64,000 nt of DNA, taken from NCBI GenBank assembly GCA_040954595.2, contig CM082579.2, positions 15,104,550-15,168,549 on the forward strand, written 5' to 3'. This DNA comes from Balanoglossus misakiensis (taxonomy: Eukaryota > Animalia > Hemichordata). Positions 26,297-36,894 of this stretch are shown piece after piece. A program made the translations under genes and the position numbers. Every line of letters starts with the position of its first letter. The stretch's first letter is position 1. Under the pieces are notes generated by a model. The model did no database searches and was not told the origin of the DNA. It saw only the letters and a program-made list of their open reading frames with translations.

Positions 26297-28707
26297 CACA
26301 CGCTTCGAGCATAATTTCCAAAAAAGGGAAAACTAACGAATTTGCTACATCTTTCCGGTTTCATCTTCAACAGTTTCTAACATTTTTTTGGACCCCCCCC
26401 CCCTCGATAAACACCCATACTCAAAGGGTAACTTCATTTAATTGTCAGTAAATAAAATCAATTCACAGTCTTATTACATGTACTATTTATAATATACTCA
26501 AATTTCCACTACAAAATATCTGTATATGTGCGTTAAATTCTGAAATCTTTCCACCCAAACCTCTAGTTATGCAAATTTAAATTGCTGTCTGTTGCGTTCG
26601 CCTACGGTTTCTCATTTTCGGACATTCGAATCTAACTCCTGATTGGCCTATAAACTTATTTCTTTCATCAACACTTTCTAACCGTTAACCCGCTGTACCT
26701 CCGCATGTCTCCACAAGAGCTAGGAGCTCAGAATCGGATGAACGAGACAAGCGGTCTCTCACGTTTAGTAACCGTAACACCGTTAAAGGTAGGTTTTCAT
26801 TGATTCTAATAAGTCTCCGTTCATCAACATTTCAAAAATTCTCCATAACCATCCGACTTCGTTATTAAAAATGGAAAGATTTGCGATTTGAGATTCGGTT
26901 ACCATTTGCAAGTTTGAAAGGAAATATTTCATTGAAGTACAGTGGCAAGTACTGCATTATTGAGAATCTTTGAAATGTTGATGAACGGAGACTTATAATA
27001 GAATAAATGAAAACCTACCTTTAACGGTGTTAGGGTTACTACACCTGACAGACCGCTGGTCTGCGTCCGACCGATTCTGAGCTCCTAGCTCTTGTGGAGA
27101 CATGCGGAGGTACAGCGGGTTAACGGTTAGGAAGTGTTGATGAAAGGAATGATTAATTACATAGGCCAACCAGGATCCTGGAGTTAGATATTCGAGTGAA
27201 ATGGTGGAAAAACTGGAATGCCGATTGGTTCAATTTAACCGGAGGGAAATTGCTACATTATATGACGTCAGTTGCGAACGATAATGCATATATTAGGCTA
27301 AGGTTGAATCCGGTTTTTCCATCAAGCACAAGCATATTTCAGTCATAAAAAAAACGAAGAGAATAACACTAAAAAAATATTTCCTTTTTAAAAACTTCAC
27401 TATAGCATTATTATAATGATGTACGTCGTACATAAAATGATACACGTGACATCGACTTGTTCAGAGTTTTAAAACAGGTAGAGAGTGCCCATGGGTAACC
27501 CGAAAACACACAAACCGGGTAAAAAATGAAAGTCCTGCGAAGGCCAGGAGTATACACTGAAAAATTACAATAAATCTAGTACGAAAGTTTGTATTCTCAC
27601 GAATAATTAACTCTGATTGCATAAGTTTATTTCCGTCTCATTACCTTCTGAAAGCAAATCACTCACTTGCCGGTAAAAGTTGAGTAAAATACTACATCTA
27701 AACTGCATAGCGATGGCGGCCCATAAAAATAATTGCCCAGTGTCCCACTCGCAATGCACAACTTTTTAGGCCAAGTGCTAATGATATTCGAATTTTCGAA
27801 GGTTACGCAATATACACATACATGTATAAATATTAATTTATGAACAATTTCCAGTGTTCACGCTGGGATTTCTTTCGTTCTAGTTTACTCGTTATATAAT
27901 GTACCAATTCCCTCCGGTAAGTTGAGCCGATTCCCATCACTTTGAGCCAATCGATATTCATGGTTTTTCAGCATTTCAGTCGACTATATTTACACCTGTT
28001 GCATGTCTTTGCAGTTTTTGACTTGACGCTTACAACCGAGTCGCACCGCACGCAGTACTATCTTGTTGTCTTCATGTTTAGTTGTTGTTTTGCGCACACT
28101 ATTTGCACAAAAATATCTGCTCGTTTTGTTATCAACGATCGAGTATATGTTAGGAAGTCCGACATAGAGAACTTTGTTCTAAATATTCAATGCCCCACAA
28201 ATGATATACTAGACTGCTCGACACAACACACCCCAGCCATACTCCATTAGTACACGCCACAAACACCGTATTTATACAGCCTGAGGGATTTCAGCTTCGA
28301 ACTTATTGCCCAATCATATTCGACTATTTCCAACCAATCCCCTTCTGACTAATTGACCAATCACACGCTTCGAGCATAATTTCCAAAAAAGGCAAAACTA
28401 ACGAATTTGCTACATCTTTCCGGTTTCATCTTCAACAGTTTCTAACATTTTTTTGGACCCCCCCCCCCCCTCGATAAACACCCATACTCAAAGGGTAACT
28501 TCATTTAATTGTCAGTAAATAAAATCAATTCACAGTCTTATTACATGTACTATTTATAATATACTCAAATTTCCACTACAAAATATCTGTATATGTGCGT
28601 TAAATTCTGAAATCTTTCCACCCAAACCTCTAGTTATGCAAATTTAAATTGCTGTCTGTTGCGTTCGCCTACGGTTTCTCATTTTCGGACATTCGAATCT
28701 AACTCCT

Positions 28708-28855
28708 GATTGGCCTATAAACTTATTTCTTTCATCAACACTTTCTAACCGTTAACCCGCTGTACCTCCGCATGTCTCCACAAGAGCTAGGAGCTCAGAA
28801 TCGGATGAACGAGACAAGCGGTCTCTCACGTTTAGTAACCGTAACACCGTTAAAG
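28708..28855 (+). promoter_or_regulatory. Putative promoter and non-coding first exon of the OB-fold gene
   Basis: GATTGG (reverse CCAAT) at 28708, TATAAA at 28716, donor AAG|GTAGGT at 28856, acceptor TTTTTCAG ending at 29127 just before ATG 29141. Confidence 0.5.
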
Positions 28856-29140
28856 GTAGGTTTTCATTGATTCTAATAAGTCTCCGTTCATCAACATTTC
28901 AAAAATTCTCCATAACCCAGTAGTTGCCACTGTGCTTCAATGAAATATTTCCTTTCAAACTTGCAAATGGTAACCGAATCTCAAATCGCAAATCTTTCCA
29001 TTTTTAATAACGAAGTCGGATGCCGCAATCACCAACTCACTTTTTTATCGGACTCCATCATTCTAATACTTTACTTCAATGTTCAAAAATTGTGTAAAAC
29101 AATATCCACTCTCAATCTATTTTTCAGGTTTAACGGCGTT

Positions 29141-29963
29141 ATGGCATCCCCGGCTCCCGGTCCCTCATCCCCAACCAGCCAAGGCGTGGCACTGAAATTG
29201 CGCCTCATGGAGGATGTCGAGATCCGGAATTCCGCCAACGGGAAACTGTTTAGCGTGCCTTGTATGCAGCAGGATGGCAACGTTCTGGAACTTTTCCACT
29301 GGAAGAGATAATACCATTTGCCTCTATGATAGAGCAAAGGTACGTTATAATCGCACCCCGTAACTTATGGGCCTGACTTTTTTTTTGCCGTAGTCATTTT
29401 GGGTATCTTAACCTCCCATCTTCTACATTTTTAGAAATTTACTCTACAAAATTGAATGACCCATTACATTTTAGAGACCTTTCCCGAATTCAACCGAAGC
29501 CCAATGGGAAGGTCTTCGGATGTAATCCAATATGGCAGCCTCCATGCGATCACGTACATTGAAAATCCATTTATATGATACAACCATGCCTTGTCAACTC
29601 ACCTCGGGTCAAAATTACTGCCATCGATTCATCATTTTGCAGTTCAAATTTTAAAAAGCAACTGACAAAAAACAACCACTCTTGCACTATTTCTCCACAA
29701 CATTTACTACTCGTAATTATTAACATTCAATGTTTTCCATTTTATTTCCACTACAGTATGAATCAGTGACACATACATCGAATTCTACAAAGAGACGTAA
29801 ACTGACCATAACTGATGGCACAAGAGATGCTGAAGTCAACCTTTGGGGTGAGAAAACAGCGCTGCCACTGGATGTAGGTGCCACAGTTAAACTAGGCCCA
29901 TTGGTTATCAACAGATATAAAACATCGTCCACATTAAATACAACAGCGACAACTGAAGTGGAG
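29141..29963 (+). pseudogene. RPA1-like tandem OB-fold ssDNA-binding protein gene, broken (exons 29141-29339 and 29757-29963)
   Basis: MASPAPGPSSPTSQGVALKLRLMEDVEIRNSANGKLFSV... and YESVTHTSNSTKRRKLTITDGTRDAEVNLWGEK...VGATVKLGPLVINRYKTSSTLNTTATTEVE; the lxDxt...vxLWg pattern is typical of OB folds. Splice sites are canonical. A ~70-bp deletion between two AACTT copies frameshifts exon 1, and the middle exon is missing here. Confidence 0.75.
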
Positions 29964-29987
29964 GTGAGACATAAAATACTGTTCCTG

Positions 29988-31510
29988 ATGCTCCGTGAGA
30001 ACTGTCAGGTAGCCACGGTTCTAGGCGACATAGGATGGATGTCCACGGTACGGGAGGAGGCCATGCATGTATACGGGAAGGAAAAGACCGAAGCCAACCT
30101 GCCCGTACCATCCGACGCAGCCATAAAAACCTGCACACTACCTCGGGAGTTCAATCCAGGCCGCGTACGTGGGGGATTCGTTGGCCATATCTCCCCGCAA
30201 GAGCCCACAAGAACCACCACCGCAGCTGACGACCTGGAGGAAACTTTGAGCATCTTCCGGGATCCGCAGCTGGAAAAACAGGTACTCGGTGGTGACAAGG
30301 ACCAGGCGATGGAGGTGTCGGAAGGGCCAGACCCACCCCGCACCCGTGTATCACCCCCAATAGCAGTAGCGAGAGACGGGGGAAACCAACGGCTGCTGTA
30401 GGAGCCATCACCCCCACGCCAAGAAATGCTGCCGCTGCAGTCACTGATCAACCCATTGGAGCTGGAGGCGACGTTGGAGGCGGGGGAATATCTAATCCCC
30501 TGGGAACTTCGACGCCACCCCGGCAGCCCTACTAGGTCCAGATCCCCAACCCGGTCGCCGCGACCGGAGCGTTCTCGAGAGGAAAGGCGGGACCGCCCAC
30601 CTTCCCGTGAACGACCATCCTTTTCACGCTGGGGAGATCTCAGCCCCAGACGTTGCCTCTCCAGAGGGCGCCGTCAATGACCTTTGGCTTTTCAGAGACA
30701 CGGTCTTGGTGGGGGACAGTAGGGAGCCCTCCACGACACTCTCTGGAGAGGGAACCCCAGACGTCGATCACCGATCCGGTATCCAACGCCGGAACCGCCC
30801 AAAGAAGACGAACGCCGCTGGAGGAGCGCCAGGCCGGCCTGAAGGAGCCCCCTATCCTCTGTTCCACATTACTCATCAGGCCCTTCTCCATGTCCGTTCC
30901 CGGGAGGCCGGAGGTCCACGCGCAAACTGAAGAAACACGCCTTTCAGTGCCACCTTCCAGTTATTTTTACTGAGAAGCCGGTAGTATTCCGTGAGCGGGA
31001 CGCGGTGGAGGCGTTAGAGAAACTCACCTATACTGGCTGTGTGGTCCAGGAAATGAAATACCCGACCTGCTAGACTTCTATATCCGCAGGGGCGGACCTG
31101 GACGGATCCCTACGGAATCCTTTTGTTCACCGGAGTCCATGGTGATGATGAAGCGCCTGTGCGTCTTCCAGGGGTGGGAGGTGCCGAACAGGTTCCGACT
31201 GAGCTCCCCCACCACACCAGCGATTCTCATCCACTGGCGTGTCCTTAGCATACTGCTGAGGTGGGTATCCCAATCACGACAGGAAGAATTCCGGGAAATC
31301 CGACCTCACCGGAAAACATCATCAATCCGGACACAGCAACCAGAGAGGACGGGGGCGGAAGCAGTCGCACAGCATCCATCGACGCAGGGGGAGCGAGGAC
31401 GCGCCAGGGGTTTTTGATGCATTTTTTATCCCCCAAGCGTGCGCGGAGGAGTGCCGAGTGGAAGACGCGCCCACCACCATAGATGACCTCACTGACTACG
31501 ATGTTGGTGT
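29988..31510 (+). pseudogene. GC-rich decayed ORF with an RS/P-rich region, a C2H2-like motif and a possible TatD-like N-terminus; probably retroelement cargo
   Basis: One reading frame runs from 29988 to ~31070, broken by stops at 30399, 30678, 30720 and 30840. CPFPGGRRSTRKLKKHAFQCHLP lies at 30891-30959. After a frameshift comes GWEVPNRFRLSSPTTPAILIHWRVLSILL, then a degenerate FDAHFH-like motif near 31410. Confidence 0.55.
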
Positions 31511-31516
31511 CCCCCC

Positions 31517-31720
31517 TGTTATGTTTCCATCAACATGGGAATAATAATGCGATCATAAGGTATAACAACAACCTATTTATTGATCGGCTGAAAAGACTCA
31601 ACAATGTGCTTCGCCTTATCTGGGCGGAAGTGACGTCGTACAGCAATTCATAAACAAGTGGAACACCAACAATGCAACACTAGAGGGCGCTATATTGATC
31701 GTAGCTGTCAGAATACTACA
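31517..31720 (-). repeat. 3' LTR (204 bp)
   Basis: TGTTATG...TACTACA, with no difference seen from 36201-36404. Contains AATAAA on the minus strand and a CTCF-like ACACTAGAGGGCGCTA at 31677-31692. Confidence 0.97.
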
Positions 31721-31733
31721 TCCCCTCTTCTTT
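31721..31733 (-). other. Polypurine tract
   Basis: AAAGAAGAGGGGA on the minus strand directly abuts the 3' LTR. Confidence 0.9.
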
Positions 31734-31939
31734 AAGATAAATTGTTTCAAAACTCTTTTTGAATACGAATGTCACTGTGAATTGTCCTGTGCAAACTCTG
31801 CATTCATCTTGAATCAGTCTTTGTCAAAATCAAACGCAACGAACATGAAAAATACTCTGGGAAAAATGTGATAAATTTTCCTCTGTATAACTCAACTTTC
31901 TGTGGAACAAATGGCGTATCTCAATATCAGAAAAAGCTA

Positions 31940-34900
31940 TCAATCAGTCACATAATCTTTGTATCGAGACGGCTTTTGTATATTTGTTCTGGTTCGTGTT
32001 GATCTCAACGATTCTTGGGCTGGTGACGCTGGCGTTGCGGGTTGTTGAGGCGGTGTTCCCTCTGTGACTGCTGGTGCAATATTGTGTTGATCCATCCCTG
32101 TCTGTGCTGGTTTCAGTTCTGCGCTGACTGGTTTCAGGTGGATCCTGTTGCGTCGCATTTGTTTCCCGTTGTCTAACTTCACGGTGTAGGACCTAGGTGT
32201 GTTTGCTGGGGCTACAACTCTCGCTGGACTCCATGTTTTGCTGATTGGGTTTTGTACATGGACTTGTTGACCTGTCAGCAATTCTGGTAGTTGTCTGGAG
32301 TGCTGGTCGTGGCTGGAAGTCTGGGCCTGCTGTTGAGATGTCAGGTATTGACGAACTTCCTCCCCGTTTCTTGCTGGGTGAATTTTGGCTGGGAGAGTTG
32401 TCTTGTATGCTCTGCTGTTCAGCAACTCAGCTGGTGATGGTATGTTGGACTTCAATGGAGTCGCGCGAAGTGCCAACAATGCTAGATTCGGATCATCTCC
32501 GGACTCTTTGCACTTCATCAGGATGTTCTTCACGGTCTGTACATGTCGCTCGATAAAACCGTGCCCTTTGGGATAGTATGGTGATGATGTGACTATCGCA
32601 AAACCATACTTCTCAGTTAGGCTGTGGAAGTCTCTAGCTGTAAACTGAGATCCGTTGTCACAAACTAGTTTCTCGGGTATTCCTTGCTCTGCAAATAGAA
32701 TTCGGAGGGCTCTCATAATGGTACTGGCTCTGAGGTCTTCAAGTTTCCTAATGAAGGGGAACTTGGAGTAGTAGTCAGCAACTATCATGTACCATGTTTG
32801 GTTCACGTAGAATAGGTCTGCTCCAATTGTGTGCCACAGTCGTGGTGGAATTTCCATTGGAATCATCGGTTCCTTCTGCTGGGAATTCTGGAATTTCTGG
32901 CACGCGTTGCATCCTGTTACTAGTCTCTCTATATCTTTACAAATTCCAGGCCAGTACACGCTGGATCTGGCTCTCAGCTTGCATTTCTCGATCCCCAGGT
33001 GACTGCTATGAATGCGTTGTAGCATTTCATCTCTCATTACTGCTGGTATGAGGAGTCGGCTGCCTATCAGGATAATACCATCTTCGATAGCGATATCGTC
33101 TCGAATAGACCAGTAGGGTCGAATATCAGCGTGAATGTCCTTGATGCTATCTGGCCATCCTTTCAGGACTTGCTGGATCAATAATTGAAGAATTTCATCT
33201 TTGGTAGTTTCTTCTTTGATCTCCATCTGTCTCATTGGTGTGATCTTCACCAGGTGGTGTATCTGGACTTTCATGTCACTGATTTCGTTCTGATCTTGTG
33301 GTGACAGTCTAGATAGTGCGTCGGCAAGTATCATCTGTTTGCTTGGCTTGTAGTGTATGGTGAAATCATACGGCTGTATGCGCAACAGCATTCTCTGTAA
33401 TCGGGGTGGTGCCTTGGTCAAATTCTTCCTCTGAATTTGCTCCAACGGTCGATGATCACTCTCTACTATGAAACTTCTGCCGTAGAGATATGTGCGAAAC
33501 TTCTCACATCTGTAGACTACCGCGAGTAGTTCTCTTTCTATATTGGCGTATCGGGTTTCCGCTGGTGTCAGGGCCTTGGACGCAAATGCTATAGGTCTCT
33601 GTTCCTGTATGAGCACCGCTCCGATTCCCTTTCCCGATGCGTCGACTTGTAGAGTGACAGGCTTCTTACGGTCGTAGTAAGCAAGTGTAGTCTTTGTGCT
33701 GATCAGGTCCTTGATCATATTGAAAGACTTTGTGTGTGTCGGAGACCACTCAAACTCAGTGTCGTCTCTGATGAGCTCTCTCAGTGGTGCTGTGTGTTCA
33801 GCTAATCTGGGTATGAATGAACCCATGTAGTTCACCATTCCGAGGAATGTGCGCAGTTCGGTCTTGTCTCTAGGCGGATGCATCATCTCTATCGCCTTGA
33901 CCTTTTCTGGGTTGGGTTTAACTCCGTCTTCTGTGTATAACATGCCAAAGAAACTACATTCTTTTGTCTTGATGTAGCATTTCTCTTTGTTCAGTTTAAT
34001 GCCTGCTTTCCTGGTTCGTTCCATGGCTTCGTGTAGATGCAGGTCATGGTGTCGCTCTCCTGATCCTAAGACTTGTATATCGTCTGCAATGCCGACTGCA
34101 CCTTCACACTCTCTGTATGTTTCATCAATTTTGAATTGAAACACATCTTGGCTCATCCTTAGCCCAAATGGCATTCGTAGGAATCTGTAACGGCCATATG
34201 GTGTGTTAAAGGTCGTCAGGAAGGATGATTCTTCATCGATCTTTACATTCCAGTATCCGTTCCGCGCGTCTAGCTTGCTGAAAAGTGTTGCGCCTGCCAA
34301 CTTTGGGGTAATCTCCTCCAATGTGGGTGTAGGGTAATGATCCCTTTTAATGGCTTTGTTCAAGTCCTTCGGGTCCAGACAAATGCGAAGTCTTCCATTG
34401 TCTTTCTCCCGGACAACAAGAGAATTGACCCAGTTCGTAGGCTGGTTCACTTTGGCGATGATTTGCTTATCTTCCATCTCCTGCAGCTCGGTTTTGAGTC
34501 TATCCATTAGTTCTAATGGAACTCTGCGGGCAGGGTGTACTACTGGTTGTACTTCTGGATCAAGAGTGATGTGGTATGTGTAGTTTTCAAAACATCCGAC
34601 CACGTCGTCAAAGCAATCAGGGTACATCCTCAGCAACTGTTCTTTGTTCTTTATGGGAGGGCGGTCCCTGATGGGTGTATTACTGTCTATGTAGTCATCT
34701 GCAGGGTTTCTGTTTCTTCCTGCTGGCTTCTGTTCGTTCATCTTTCTCTTTTCCACTTCCACATTTCTTCCAGGCTGTGCTGTCTTGCACTCTGGGCTCG
34801 CCTGCACTTGTATGGCTTCTACTGAACAGTTTATTTGTATCAGGTTTAAGGCTCTGCTTGCCTTTAACCCTAAAATGGCTGGGCCTGCGGCGTCAGTTAC

Positions 34901-35278
34901 ATAGAAGAGGCATCTGATTTTCCTCTCTCTATGTTCACATGGAATGACGATGGTGCCAAGCTGTTTGATTTTGGAACCTCCATATGCGGTAAGGATTGTT
35001 TTATTTTCCTTCAAGTGCCCGCGTTTTGGATTTCCGTGTTTATCCAGTTTCTCTGGAAATATGATCTTGAAAAGGCAGAGGGGCAGTATATTGCCCTGTG
35101 CACCGGTATCAATCTTGCATCTCAGTGCTACTTTCCTTTTCTTTTCGCTCTGTGTGATTGTCAGTTTCGTGTATATTTCTTCTTGTCTGTTGATGTTGTC
35201 CAATGCATTTATTTCGATAGTTCCAACATCTAGGACTTCATCATCTATTTGATGCATGTTGCTGCTCGAGCGTGTCAC
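31940..35278 (-). CDS. pol: Pol polyprotein (aspartic protease, RT, RNase H, integrase)
   Basis: KIDTGAQGNIL (protease); RICLDPKDLN, FLRMPFG and IADD (RT); VDAS, YANIERE and SDHRPL (RNase H); HSSH...CNAC, GADLF, CDNG and FIER (integrase). In frame with the upstream gag segment. Confidence 0.97.
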   Translation of the reverse strand: MTRSSSNMHQIDDEVLDVGTIEINALDNINRQEEIYTKLTITQSEKKRKVALRCKIDTGAQGNILPLCLFKIIFPEKLDKHGNPKRGHLKENKTILTAYGGSKIKQLGTIVIPCEHRERKIRCLFYVTDAAGPAILGLKASRALNLIQINCSVEAIQVQASPECKTAQPGRNVEVEKRKMNEQKPAGRNRNPADDYIDSNTPIRDRPPIKNKEQLLRMYPDCFDDVVGCFENYTYHITLDPEVQPVVHPARRVPLELMDRLKTELQEMEDKQIIAKVNQPTNWVNSLVVREKDNGRLRICLDPKDLNKAIKRDHYPTPTLEEITPKLAGATLFSKLDARNGYWNVKIDEESSFLTTFNTPYGRYRFLRMPFGLRMSQDVFQFKIDETYRECEGAVGIADDIQVLGSGERHHDLHLHEAMERTRKAGIKLNKEKCYIKTKECSFFGMLYTEDGVKPNPEKVKAIEMMHPPRDKTELRTFLGMVNYMGSFIPRLAEHTAPLRELIRDDTEFEWSPTHTKSFNMIKDLISTKTTLAYYDRKKPVTLQVDASGKGIGAVLIQEQRPIAFASKALTPAETRYANIERELLAVVYRCEKFRTYLYGRSFIVESDHRPLEQIQRKNLTKAPPRLQRMLLRIQPYDFTIHYKPSKQMILADALSRLSPQDQNEISDMKVQIHHLVKITPMRQMEIKEETTKDEILQLLIQQVLKGWPDSIKDIHADIRPYWSIRDDIAIEDGIILIGSRLLIPAVMRDEMLQRIHSSHLGIEKCKLRARSSVYWPGICKDIERLVTGCNACQKFQNSQQKEPMIPMEIPPRLWHTIGADLFYVNQTWYMIVADYYSKFPFIRKLEDLRASTIMRALRILFAEQGIPEKLVCDNGSQFTARDFHSLTEKYGFAIVTSSPYYPKGHGFIERHVQTVKNILMKCKESGDDPNLALLALRATPLKSNIPSPAELLNSRAYKTTLPAKIHPARNGEEVRQYLTSQQQAQTSSHDQHSRQLPELLTGQQVHVQNPISKTWSPARVVAPANTPRSYTVKLDNGKQMRRNRIHLKPVSAELKPAQTGMDQHNIAPAVTEGTPPQQPATPASPAQESLRSTRTRTNIQKPSRYKDYVTD

Positions 35279-35335
35279 ATTATGGATTGGTTTTCCACCT
35301 CGTCTCTGCTGTGACTTCGGTTCGCTTGAGCTGGT

Positions 35336-36090
35336 TTAGGAACGGCATACCGCATGCCAGTGATTAGGTTTCCCACAATTTCGGCATTTCGAGCCATATG
35401 CTGGGCAGTTACTTTTCACTGAGGTGTCATGCTTTTTTCCGAAATGCTTACATTGTTTGGGGTGTGTCTTGTTGGGCTGCCTTTTTACTGCGTTGACAGC
35501 TTTGCTATCCACAGGATTAGCAATATGGCAATTTGTGAGCGTTTTCATGTGTTTTGTTGTGGCTTCGTGACCTCTAGCTATATCGAGCGCCTCCTTCAAG
35601 GTCAGTTTCTCATCACGCCCAATAAGTTTCTTCTGTATTTCTTGGTGACAGATCCCCCATATCAACTGATCTACGAGTCTTGCTTCCTGTTCTCTTGTAT
35701 CCCCAAATTTGCATTTGGCGGCTTCATTTTTCAATTTCGAAAAGAAATCATCAACTGGTTCTCCAGGGTCTTGTCTCATATCTTGGAATTTGTATCTAAG
35801 TATGCGATGATTCGACTTCGGCTCTAAGTGTTCGGAAAATTTGTCGAATAGTACTGTGGGGACTTTCCGCTGGTCTTCATTTTCAAACGACCAACTGTTG
35901 TATTTGTCAAGACCTGGTTCACCGGACCATAGAATATGTAGCTAGCTTTCTCTTCATCGTTAGCATCTTTAAGTGCTGTCTTAAATGTTAACTCACATTT
36001 TTGACGAAAACGACTGAAGGCTAGTGCTAGATCTGGCGCGTCCCACTCCATCTTTGGGGCTGTGAAGGGCGTTTGTAGTGCGGCCGCCAT
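35336..36090 (-). pseudogene. gag: gag, disrupted by a frameshift at ~35932 and an in-frame TAA at 35336-35338
   Basis: ORFs 35824-36090 and 35336-35779 join after a 1-nt shift (...KASYI/LWSGEPGLDKYNSW...). QDPGEPVDDF motif; knuckles CKHFGKKH..C (degenerate) and CRNCGKPNHWHAVC. Confidence 0.88.
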
Positions 36091-36186
36091 CTTGTCAGGT
36101 CAGTTCGATGATCTTTTCTTCTGTAGTTTTGGTGTCTTGTGTAGTCGATACTGTGTAAAGTCTGCTTACATCTGATCACTCACGTT

Positions 36187-36200
36187 CACCGCTGCCACCA
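36187..36200 (-). other. Primer-binding site complementary to the tRNA-Leu 3' end
   Basis: TGGTGGCAGCGGTG immediately follows the 5' LTR and matches ...CACCGCUGCCACCA of metazoan tRNA-Leu(AAG/UAG), as is typical of Mag elements. Confidence 0.85.
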
Positions 36201-36404
36201 TGTTATGTTTCCATCAACATGGGAATAATAATGCGATCATAAGGTATAACAACAACCTATTTATTGATCGGCTGAAAAGACTCAACAATGTGCTTCGCCT
36301 TATCTGGGCGGAAGTGACGTCGTACAGCAATTCATAAACAAGTGGAACACCAACAATGCAACACTAGAGGGCGCTATATTGATCGTAGCTGTCAGAATAC
36401 TACA
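36201..36404 (-). repeat. 5' LTR (204 bp)
   Basis: Direct repeat of 31517-31720. Confidence 0.97.
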
Positions 36405-36894
36405 CCCCCCCCCCCCCCCGCATGTTTAAAGGTTCCTATAGAAAAGCATTGTTGAGGTTCACAAAACTTTGAAGAAGCTTTGCAACACTAACTTTGGCCA
36501 AAGATTTGAATGTTAAGGTTTCACAAACGTAGTTACAGCTGAGGTTCAACTAAGACTAGTATAAGAGGCTTCAGCACGCCAAGTCTTGTAGCAAGCTTCA
36601 ACACAAAGCTTTTTGCAACATTGTTCAAAGCGTTGTCAAAGGTACTGCACAACCCTGGTGAAGTAGTGCTATATTTTCAATTAAATGGCTTAAGCCATTT
36701 GTCTCTCCAACCAGAATTGCACCAGAGTTAAATACACACAGCTTGAAATTGTAAAATGTTGCAAAATCAAACGATCACATCCTTACACCTATTATTAGAA
36801 CCAGAAGTTGAGTCAAAATTTTCCTACCTAGAAATTTTCTTTCCTATGAAGTTTTTTGCTTATTGGCATTCATATGGGAGCCTAGACCTATTCC

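Larger units (their letters stand above)
24787..28917. repeat. Near-identical tandem duplication, unit ~2065 bp (24787-26850 / 26850-28917)
   Basis: Identical 102-aa ORFs at 25877 and 27942 (offset 2065). Only scattered substitutions and homopolymer differences are seen beyond the first ~60 bp. Confidence 0.95.
24672..29137. repeat. Imperfect inverted repeat, arms ~24672-25130 and ~28690-29137
   Basis: CCGTTAAACCTGAAATATAGATTG...GGCCAATCAGG on the left arm is the reverse complement of the right arm over ~450 bp. Confidence 0.92.
31517..36404 (-). mobile_element. Ty3/Gypsy LTR retrotransposon, Mag-like, 4888 bp
   Basis: Two 204-bp TG...CA LTRs, a PBS, a PPT, gag with two zinc knuckles, PR-RT-RH-IN domain order, and CCCCC on both flanks (31512-31516, 36405-36409). 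Confidence 0.97.

Noticed and set aside
25877-28250. Two identical 102-aa plus-strand ORFs
   Set aside because: Their identity is explained by the recent tandem duplication; they start at TTG and have no recognisable domain.
29730-30401. 223-aa ORF as a single gene
   Set aside because: It is a chance in-frame fusion of intron, OB-fold exon, read-through donor and the unrelated GC-rich remnant.
32245-35827. Plus-strand ORFs within the retrotransposon
   Set aside because: They are antisense shadows of gag-pol.
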